The position numbers and the translations under genes are program-made. Positions 46,847 through 54,710 of a stretch of 60,050 nucleotides of DNA are shown in pieces; position 1 is the stretch's first letter, and each line of letters opens with the position of its first letter. Origin of the DNA: Myxococcales bacterium. Its GTDB lineage: Bacteria; Myxococcota_A; Polyangia; Palsa-1104; JAEUJZ01. Location of the stretch: the NCBI GenBank assembly GCA_016794465.1, contig JAEUKA010000028.1:64001-124050 (forward strand), written 5' to 3'. The notes below the pieces were generated by a model that did not search any database, was not told the DNA's origin, and saw only the letters and a list, made by a program, of their open reading frames with translations.

Positions 46847-47506
46847 CTACGCTGCAAATTTCTGCACTACACTCTTCAGCGAATCACGCATTCCTGCGTA
46901 GATTTGATCGGCTTCTTGTTGGCTAAACTCTCGCCCTGCGCACTGCGCCAATTCAGGGCCAAAGATGAGCAGTTGCTCTTTGACCAAACCGTCAATCAGT
47001 GCATCGTTCGTGACAAGCGCTTGCGCAAAAGCCGATACCTCATCTGGCGAGTAACCCTGTGCCGTCTCAAACCGCACCCAGCGCGCATCCTTCCCCGGCT
47101 CGGCTTGTGGCTTGGCTGGAATGTCCTTGTCGGCTCGGTAATACTGATTGGAGTAGATCACCACGTCGCCAGCACCATAAGCTGTCTCGGGCTTCCACTT
47201 CCCCCACCCAACCAGCGCCCGCACAATGAGCCACAGATCGTTGCCCACGAATCCGGCCATTCCGGCTGCCAGCTCCTTGATCACGCGGTCGTAGCCGGAT
47301 TCGCGGCGCGCATACCAACGAAGGCCCATGGAGACGATGAACACACCAATCGTACCTGCGCCTTTGTACGCTGGTGCAGCCCCGGCGAGAATGCCACGGA
47401 CTCGTCCCGCGAACATTCCACCCAAAGCGTTGACACCAGCTACCGCCGCAATTCCTAAGATGCTCTGCGCTTTCGGAATGCTTTTGATCTCATCGAATGC
47501 GTCCAT
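46847..47506 (-). CDS. Hypothetical membrane-associated protein (Gly-zipper helices)
   Basis: 219-aa ORF. Confidence 0.45.
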   Translation of the reverse strand: MDAFDEIKSIPKAQSILGIAAVAGVNALGGMFAGRVRGILAGAAPAYKGAGTIGVFIVSMGLRWYARRESGYDRVIKELAAGMAGFVGNDLWLIVRALVGWGKWKPETAYGAGDVVIYSNQYYRADKDIPAKPQAEPGKDARWVRFETAQGYSPDEVSAFAQALVTNDALIDGLVKEQLLIFGPELAQCAGREFSQQEADQIYAGMRDSLKSVVQKFAA

Positions 47507-47512
47507 GATGCT

Positions 47513-48277
47513 TCACCCCTTTAGTGAGAATTTTCCCAGTCCCTCGGCAAGCTGCACAATGCCTTTTGCCGCACCAATCCAGTCATCCGGCGATCCCGTC
47601 CATGACTTTCCCTCTGCGCTTGCGTTTAACTGGCGGATGCACGCATCAGTCGCCTTGTTTGCGCGTAGCGTTTCACCGGAAGTGTACTTTTCAATCATGG
47701 ACAATTGCTGTTTCATCGGCTCCATGATTGAATGAAGAATTTTGGCCGACTCTTGCGTGCTAGCCTGGACCGTGACACGGCCATTTTCCGATACTTCCTT
47801 AAAAAGCTTCGTAATCATTTCGGGCAGCGCTCTCTGCTGCTCAATGAGCACTTCCGCCATTCTTCCCAACAGCAGTACCGTTTGATCTGGCTCCGTCTTG
47901 GCACGGATATTGCGGTGAAAGTCCCACGGCTCTGAGCATGTGAAGCTCGTTGCCCCCGAGCCGGAGTCAAGGATCGCGTGGCTGCCATCTTGGTTGATGA
48001 ACACAACCGTCACCCGCAGCCGGATGGACCCGGTTTCGGGATCGTGGTTCGCGACGTAGATCCGACCGTTCTTGAGCTGAACGCCGACCCACTCCCAGAA
48101 GCGCTCATCCTGGCTGACTTGATCGATGATGCTGTCCTCGGTGAGCGTGTAGTTGTTCTCCGCTTCGTCGAGAGGACCACGAAAGATCGTCCGGAACCGG
48201 CCCGGCCCGTTGGTGTGGGCTCGCAGTTCCACCAACCGCGCACCGTCCGGCACTTTGCAACCAAACAAGATTCGCAT
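47513..48277 (-). CDS. Hypothetical protein
   Basis: 254-aa ORF with no motif. Confidence 0.45.
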   Translation of the reverse strand: MRILFGCKVPDGARLVELRAHTNGPGRFRTIFRGPLDEAENNYTLTEDSIIDQVSQDERFWEWVGVQLKNGRIYVANHDPETGSIRLRVTVVFINQDGSHAILDSGSGATSFTCSEPWDFHRNIRAKTEPDQTVLLLGRMAEVLIEQQRALPEMITKLFKEVSENGRVTVQASTQESAKILHSIMEPMKQQLSMIEKYTSGETLRANKATDACIRQLNASAEGKSWTGSPDDWIGAAKGIVQLAEGLGKFSLKG

Positions 48278-48384
48278 GAAGCCAATTTAACCCCGCTGTA
48301 CTCATGTAGATTTTCTAGGCAACGATTTTCTTACTTGTCACGAAGACGAATTGCGATGGAATGTAACGATGCGTAGGGGGCACC

Positions 48385-48738
48385 ATGCACCATCGGAATT
48401 GCAACTCATGCGGGAAGAAGCTGGCGAACCGAGCGCCAGAGAAGACGCTGTTCTGTTCAATGCCTTGCAGAGTCAGAATGTGGCGCTATCTTCGCAGAAG
48501 AAGCCTCTCAGCCAATGTACGATGCCGCCGGACATTCCGCCGGACGTGCAGTTCATGCGGAGAGCAGCTAGCGCGGTACTCTCCAGCACAAAAGCTATTC
48601 TGTTCAATATCTTGCAGAGTCCGCAAATGGCGCTACCTTCGTAAAATAGGACTTGCTACATGCTGTGGAAACATCAGTCAAAAGCCATTGACATCGCTCG
48701 GCAGTGTGTGCTTGACAAAGACACCGGAAAGTTCTTGA
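48385..48738 (+). CDS. Small protein with two duplicated C4 zinc-ribbon units
   Basis: CNSCGKKLANRAPEKTLFCSMPCRVRMWRYLRRR and CSSCGEQLARYSPAQKLFCSISCRVRKWRYLRK correspond to an internal DNA duplication. The 3' end overlaps the helicase gene. Confidence 0.4.
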   Translation: MHHRNCNSCGKKLANRAPEKTLFCSMPCRVRMWRYLRRRSLSANVRCRRTFRRTCSSCGEQLARYSPAQKLFCSISCRVRKWRYLRKIGLATCCGNISQKPLTSLGSVCLTKTPESS

Positions 48739-49589
48739 TCCAGATCCCGCCTGGCACTGGCAAGACCGAGATCGCCGCAAGACTGGCGATCAGTTGGAGT
48801 ACGTCCAAGAACATGCGTAAGGCATTGATCTGTGTGCCAAATACGCGAATTCTTGGACAGTTTTACGACCGATTGGTAGCGCTCACTCCGCACGCAATAG
48901 GCGTTGATCAGGCAGGCCGGGCAGCCGATCCGCGTGCGCGCATTGTCATTGCAAGTCAGATGAGCTTGCTTGGACGACTGGCCAAGTATCCTCACGATGT
49001 ACTGTGCATCATCGACGAGGCTCACCACTCCAACTTTGATGCGCCGGAGTTTCTTCGAGTGGCTCGCTCCTTTGCGCGTGTCATCGGCTTGACGGCAACG
49101 CCATGGAGCAACGGATGCGACACGATCTTTGGTGGAGCGCAGCGCTACTTCCTGTCGCTGTCTGAAGCCACCGCCGCAGGGCTGGTTTGCGACTTCGACG
49201 TGTTGCCGTGGACGCCTCCCAGAGGGCCGTACGCCCTGGTCTTCTGTGAGTCAAACCGAGACTGTCAGTTCCACAGCGACAAGACGCCTGACTCTGACTG
49301 GATCGGCGTCACTCGCCCAGCGCCGAAAAACCTCTCGGCGATCATGCGCTGGCAAGCAAGAAAAATCGGAATCCTCTTTGTCAACAGGATGTTGCTAGAG
49401 GGCTTTGATAGCAAGGCCTGTGATGCCGTCTGGCTCAATCGTGTCACCCAGAGTGACATCTTGCTGGTTCAGATGTGCGGTCGTGCGTTGCGTCATCAGC
49501 CAGGCAAGCGAGCACGCATCATTTGTTCATGTCATGAGATGGTCGAGCGAGTCTTACACGCCTTAAAACGGCTTGATTCGCCAAGCTAG
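48660..49589 (+). CDS. SF2 DEAD/DEAH-box helicase (replication module of the element)
   Basis: Walker A PPGTGKT, DEAH IIDEAHH and motif III TATP are present. Confidence 0.75.
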   Translation: MLWKHQSKAIDIARQCVLDKDTGKFLIQIPPGTGKTEIAARLAISWSTSKNMRKALICVPNTRILGQFYDRLVALTPHAIGVDQAGRAADPRARIVIASQMSLLGRLAKYPHDVLCIIDEAHHSNFDAPEFLRVARSFARVIGLTATPWSNGCDTIFGGAQRYFLSLSEATAAGLVCDFDVLPWTPPRGPYALVFCESNRDCQFHSDKTPDSDWIGVTRPAPKNLSAIMRWQARKIGILFVNRMLLEGFDSKACDAVWLNRVTQSDILLVQMCGRALRHQPGKRARIICSCHEMVERVLHALKRLDSPS

Positions 49590-49791
49590 CTTCCTAGCAA
49601 ATCGCCAAGTCAATCCGAAGGCTTATGCCCGTTCTCTGAGCGCTGGTGTCTGCTCATGACTGGGAGATAGCCATTGCCTTAGATCTCGCTTCTTCAGACG
49701 AGACATGGTAGCGGCTTCGTCGGAAACAAAGACCAGTCTGTGTCTACGGAATGAGAAACAAAGACCACGCAATTTTTCATTTTCCAGCCTA

Positions 49792-49999
49792 TTTAAATCG
49801 CCAAACCAGATCATAGACTTACGCGAGAAACCGAAAATACGATGATGACCCAATCTTCGCAATTCGGTATTCAAAGATGCGCGATGTAACCTCAATTCAG
49901 ACAGCACCTACACAACATCGTTCAAGCTTGCCGTCGGAGTCGCGGATTGGTCCTGTCTGTCGCTGGATTTTAATCGCCAAACCATATCATGGACTTAGT
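49792..49999. repeat. Pair of about 28-bp imperfect direct repeats (ttaaatcgccaaaccaKatcatRgactta) about 177 bp apart, in an AT-richer non-coding spacer
   Basis: Copies at 49792-49820 and 49969-49999 are visible in the sequence. They lie downstream of the helicase and upstream of the HTH-MTase. Confidence 0.6.
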
Positions 50000-50218
50000 C
50001 ATGTCCAATTTGGGAACCTATCTTATATGTGAGCCTATCCTCTCGCGACAGTCTCGTCGAGATGCGCCAATGCAGTTGAGAAGTTAGGCTAATTGTACTG
50101 AAAAGATTGTGCTGGCATTCCAGCGAGTTGCGGACATTGTGTCGGTAGCCTCCCAGGATGGAGGCGATGGTTTCTCAATTGGCAGTCGGTTGCGTTGTCC
50201 GCATGTCCCTGTCTAGCA

Positions 50219-51739
50219 CTACTGCTTCTGCAAGAGCATCAGCGCCAGGGTCTTTTTGCCGTCGGGGCCGTAGTCGATTCGTTCGATGGTCTTCCAGCCT
50301 AGCTCGGCGAGGCTGTCACTGAGCAGCTTTGGGTCGTAGCGACGGACTCGCCACATGAGGAAGCGGCGATCGGGTCTGCCGTCGCGCATCTTGACGCGGG
50401 CGATGGCGTCGAAGCCGTAGCTGCCGGGGACGCCGCCGGGTGGGGCCAGCTCCCAGCGCAGCTCGATGTCCTCGGCACCTTGGCAGTAGCGACGAATCGG
50501 CCCGCTCAGCCAGTTCACATGCGTGGGTCGCAGCTTGCCGTTGCCGATGGGGTCCACTTTGAGGATCTTCTGTCGCTCGCTCGCCGGGGCACGCGCGATC
50601 TGGAGGTCGAACAGAAACAGCTCGCCCGGCTCGCAGCAGCTCAGCGTGTCACGGAAAAAGCGCAGCTCGTCGCTCAGGTTGACGAGCGTGTATCCCAGCA
50701 TCGCGAACAGCCGCGTCCGCCCTCGCAGCGGATTGACCATCATTGGCAGCTTCGGCAAGTCGAGGAAGCTGCCGTGGATGGTGTAGGTGCGAATGTCGGG
50801 CAGCGTCTCGCAGCAGTGACGATAGGCGGCATTCAGCAGCGAGTGGCTCACGTCGAGCAAGAACAGCTCCGTCTGCTTGGGCATGCGAAGCTGCATCTGA
50901 AGATGCTTGACGAGCATCGATTCCGTCTTGCCGTCGCCGCAGCCGAGCGCATCCACGGTGAGCGCCTGTTCTCCAATCAGGTCGGCGACTCGACGAGAAA
51001 CCGTCGCCAGCGGCAGCGTCTCTCGAAACTCAGAGCCATACTCGGGCGACGAACAGGTGGTCAGCCAGTCCTTCGCGCTGTGATGGTCGATGTACACCAG
51101 CGTCTGCTCGAGCTGACCACTCGGACCATTCAGCGTGTCCGCCAGCTCGGTGATCATGCTCACCGGGTCATAGGTCATGCCGAGCCACGAAGTCGGCGTG
51201 TGACGGTAGCCCGCGCTCATCTCGGCGGACAGCTCGATGTCGCTCACGCGCAGGTTTAGCTCGGGCACAGCGAGGAGCTTCAGCATCAAGCTCCGTCGAG
51301 CCTTCCGAGTGTGATGCTCCAACTGGCGAATCGTCGTCGCTGTCACGCCGACGCGATCGGCCAGCCACTCTTGCGTAAGCGCGGCGGCAGTCCGTCGCTG
51401 AAGCAGCCGCTCGCCAAACTTCACCCAGTCAATCGGCCCAATCGCCTCGCTGTCGTCGGTGTCTCCAACCAGCGTCAGCGCCTCCTGAATCGCTCGCACC
51501 GCTCGGTTGTGGTCCTTGACGAGGTGCGGCGGCAAGAGCTGAAGCGAGTGCAGCGTATCAACGAGCTTGCTCTGTACTCGCGAGAGCTGACTAACAGAGT
51601 CCTCTAGCGCCGAGTCCTGCGTCGGCAACTCGGGCGGCATGACGTGCTCTGCATCCGTCTCGAAACTGTCGTGTTCGCCGCTCTTGACCGCTGTCTGTTC
51701 GTGCATGACCGATGCCTCCATTTCGGCCACAGATAGCAC
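50219..51739 (-). CDS. HTH (XRE) domain fused to an EgtD/Methyltransf_33-like SAM-dependent methyltransferase
   Basis: The HTH is LTQEWLADRVGVTATTIRQLE. LGCGDGKT is the SAM-binding loop, and EgtD-like blocks follow (FAMLGYTLVNLSDEL, LFLFDLQIA). Confidence 0.6.
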   Translation of the reverse strand: MLSVAEMEASVMHEQTAVKSGEHDSFETDAEHVMPPELPTQDSALEDSVSQLSRVQSKLVDTLHSLQLLPPHLVKDHNRAVRAIQEALTLVGDTDDSEAIGPIDWVKFGERLLQRRTAAALTQEWLADRVGVTATTIRQLEHHTRKARRSLMLKLLAVPELNLRVSDIELSAEMSAGYRHTPTSWLGMTYDPVSMITELADTLNGPSGQLEQTLVYIDHHSAKDWLTTCSSPEYGSEFRETLPLATVSRRVADLIGEQALTVDALGCGDGKTESMLVKHLQMQLRMPKQTELFLLDVSHSLLNAAYRHCCETLPDIRTYTIHGSFLDLPKLPMMVNPLRGRTRLFAMLGYTLVNLSDELRFFRDTLSCCEPGELFLFDLQIARAPASERQKILKVDPIGNGKLRPTHVNWLSGPIRRYCQGAEDIELRWELAPPGGVPGSYGFDAIARVKMRDGRPDRRFLMWRVRRYDPKLLSDSLAELGWKTIERIDYGPDGKKTLALMLLQKQ

Positions 51740-51919
51740 ACCTAACGCATGCCGGAAGTCCTTTCAGCGACGGAAGCGCGGCAAGGTCACTTGTTCGTTT
51801 TGGTTCGGTTGCCAGTTCGGATCACAGCCGTTTTAGAGGGACTCCGAACTACCCCTTGATGACCTCTGTTCACCCTCCGTTACCAAACCCGAACAGCCAG
51901 ATTCTGAGAGGAAACCGCC

Positions 51920-52249
51920 ATGCAAGAGTCACCAGCCCAGATCGCCACTACTACCGCTGAAACCACCACGACTCTCCCGAAGCAGCGACGAGGCTTCGCG
52001 GTGATGGACCCAGACAAGCTACGTGTGGTCTGTGCTCGCGGCGGACAGACCGCCCACGCGCTAGGCCGGGCACACCGCTTCGACACCGAGAAGGCATCGC
52101 AAGCCGGAAAGAAGGGCGGAGCGACGGTGAGCGCAGATCGCTCCCACATGGCCGAGATCGGCAGCCGAGGCGGCAAAGCCAAGAAGGGCTACCGAGAGAG
52201 GCAAGCCGCACGATGCCAAGCCGAGGCAGAGACGACCCAGATCGGCTGA
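51920..52249 (+). CDS. KGG-repeat general stress protein
   Basis: KGG-type repeats are present: ARGGQTAHALGRAHRF, GKKGGATVSADRSHMAEIGSRGGKAK. Confidence 0.55.
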   Translation: MQESPAQIATTTAETTTTLPKQRRGFAVMDPDKLRVVCARGGQTAHALGRAHRFDTEKASQAGKKGGATVSADRSHMAEIGSRGGKAKKGYRERQAARCQAEAETTQIG

Positions 52250-52440
52250 CCCCGATTTGAGCGCAGATCGCTTGACCCCGATCTGAGCGCAGAGTGCCGT
52301 ACCGCTCGCTCGACCCTGATCGCCAAGCCCCGAGCGGCATGCAGATCGCTTGAGTCCGAGCGCGGCGCCTGTTCGATTGAGCGCCACGTTCCCCGGACAT
52401 CACAACCCTGGCTCGACTGCCGAACCATCCACGCAGATCG
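52250..52440. repeat. Cluster of short direct repeats (gaccccgatYtgagcgcaga x2; gcagatcgcttga x3)
   Basis: The repeats are visible in the intergenic DNA between the KGG gene and the FRG operon. Confidence 0.55.
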
Positions 52441-52540
52441 CTACTTGACCCACATTCCCCGCTGCGGTACGCAAGGCGTTGTAACGGCGCAACCCGCCGT
52501 GCGACCGAGACGATCCTTAAGAACAACAGAGATTGATCCA

Positions 52541-53383
52541 ATGGCATCGATTGAATACAGCTTATTTCGAGCAAAGTTCATCAAGCATCCCCAGAGAGTC
52601 CTATTACATCCAGATTGGACCCCGATGCAGATATTTCTAAGTGCAATAAATGATCGACCTTCCGCTGAGATCCGCCGTGGGTATATTTGGCACGTTGGGA
52701 ACGTTCAGCATTTCACTGAGAGTTCCGGGTATTTTGCAATTGGCCGCACCACGACCTCTACTATTGAAAAATTTGACAGCTCGACTGGTAATTTTGTGGT
52801 TGAGGAACTCGAAGAAAGCCCATACACGCACTGCGTTTTTGATGCACAAATCGGATTTGTCGGAATTGCAAGAAAATCCAGTTTGGCTCAGACTGCGAAG
52901 GGTGTTGCTACGCGCCTAGAGCAGCTATTGAGTCTATCGAAGTCCGTCGCAGACCACAATTGTTCTGTCGAAGTTGCACCGATTCCAGACCCGGAGGGTT
53001 TCCTGCGCGCACTCCACTCCGCCTATCGAGTGACGCGCTTCTCAGCTACGTTCCATGGTCCCAATCCATTTGATGCGGATGAGCATTTTCAAAAACCTCT
53101 GTCCGTCTATCTGTCATCTGCCAATGGCAGAAAAGGCAGGGCACAGATCCAGGGCGAGGACCTTAATCGAGAAGTGCTTCACGCGGTTACTAAGAGCACG
53201 GCTTCTACTGGCAACGAAGCTTCAGCCCGAATATCAAAAACTAAGTCTCAGCGGCCAATAACCATCAACCTCAAAGGCGATCCACTCAAACGCCGTTACA
53301 CAGAAGATGAGCATGAACCCAGAGTAGTCTTGGCTGACCTGACACAGGTGTACCACCGGGTAAGAAGTGATGACCAACGTTGA
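52541..53383 (+). CDS. Hypothetical protein of about 280 aa. First gene of a two-gene low-GC operon whose second gene encodes an FRG-domain protein.
   Basis: ATG 52541 is the likely start (track ORF begins at 52445). GC is about 45-50% against about 60% in the surroundings. The stop overlaps the next start (GTGATGA). Confidence 0.55.
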   Translation: MASIEYSLFRAKFIKHPQRVLLHPDWTPMQIFLSAINDRPSAEIRRGYIWHVGNVQHFTESSGYFAIGRTTTSTIEKFDSSTGNFVVEELEESPYTHCVFDAQIGFVGIARKSSLAQTAKGVATRLEQLLSLSKSVADHNCSVEVAPIPDPEGFLRALHSAYRVTRFSATFHGPNPFDADEHFQKPLSVYLSSANGRKGRAQIQGEDLNREVLHAVTKSTASTGNEASARISKTKSQRPITINLKGDPLKRRYTEDEHEPRVVLADLTQVYHRVRSDDQR

Positions 53384-54164
53384 GATAGTTTCCATCGAAG
53401 ACCTAATCAGGCGCTTTAATGAGTTACCCAATCATTTTTTGTATCGCGGCCAGGCAAATGCGGAATGGTTGCTCACGTCTTCACTGGAACGAGTTGTCGG
53501 TGCCAAGTGGTCGGCAGACCAAGCAAAGAAATTTGAAGATTTCTCACTGCATCAATTTCAATCCAAATTTCATTTGTATGATCGAGAAAATGTGAAGCCT
53601 GATTCGAGATTAGCTTGGTTATCGATCATGCAACATTACGGAGTTCCGACACGGCTTCTGGATTTTACGGAAAGTTCATACGTCGCACTCTATTTCGCGC
53701 TTGAATCCTACAACCCACAGAGTGGGGAGGACTTCTCTGTCTATGCTATTGATTATAGCGGCATAATGGATCGTTCGATTGCCCACATACGTTCCAAGGA
53801 CGGTGGATTCAGCGAAACAAGACAGTCCATGTTCGACAAGCAAGATATGATATTCGACACAGTTGTGGACCGATTTTCTTACGATATTGCATGGAGCGCC
53901 GAACCAAAACAGCTTAATGCCCGCTTGGATCGTCAAGCTGGTTCGTTCTTGCTCTCAGGAAATCGTGGGTTGCGTATTCAGGATGTCCTCGATTCAGCAT
54001 TGTACTCAGAGGTTGCTATGTACAAATTTCGTATTTCTCACGAACTATACCCTAACGTATTTGCCCTTCTTCGGAAAATGAACATCACGAGTAAGAGTCT
54101 CTATGGTGATCTGGAAGGGCTTGCGCGTTCCGTCAAAATGCAGTTGCAGGTCTACTCAATCTAG
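53367..54164 (+). CDS. FRG-domain protein
   Basis: FLYRGQANAEWLLTSSLER ... LSIMQHYGVPTRLLDFTESSYVALYFA matches the FRG domain signature (F-R-G, QHYG.PTRLLD, ALYFA). Confidence 0.7.
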   Translation: MMTNVEIVSIEDLIRRFNELPNHFLYRGQANAEWLLTSSLERVVGAKWSADQAKKFEDFSLHQFQSKFHLYDRENVKPDSRLAWLSIMQHYGVPTRLLDFTESSYVALYFALESYNPQSGEDFSVYAIDYSGIMDRSIAHIRSKDGGFSETRQSMFDKQDMIFDTVVDRFSYDIAWSAEPKQLNARLDRQAGSFLLSGNRGLRIQDVLDSALYSEVAMYKFRISHELYPNVFALLRKMNITSKSLYGDLEGLARSVKMQLQVYSI

Positions 54165-54710
54165 CAGCATATCCAACAACCCCACGCTGCCCGCCCCTTC
54201 CGTCCCGCGCAACTGTAGGCGGTGGCCTCACCTGAACGGCACCGTTGGGAGTTGATCGGTACCCTTCGGCCCCCGTTGTACTAACCGAGCCTCTTGCGTA
54301 TTTTCCGCGATGTGCTAGAGCAGGCGCCGTGCTGCACAAGCTTGCGGCCATTTGATCGTGCTGGCTGGTTCCTGCCATGGAGCAAAGATTGCACGCCCCC
54401 AAAGCAGGATTGTGCGATCATCGGTTTGGGCGCTGTCTGGCTAAAGAAATTAGTGGCAGCCGAGGCTTCCTCTCACATCTCATCAGATGGGAGAGGGGAA
54501 CTCCCAACAGCTTTCTCGATGGGTGGGATGTCATGAGCCCGAACAAACGTCGGTATCGGCAAGGTCCTGAGCCATCCGAGGGCAGTAGTTGTTCGAGAGT
54601 ACTTCAGTTTTCGGTGACCCGAGTGGAGCGACCAACTCTTGCCATCGAGATGCTTGCCGGCCGCTACGAAACTGTGTAAGCGTCCCACCTTCAATAGGAG
54701 TGAGACGATC

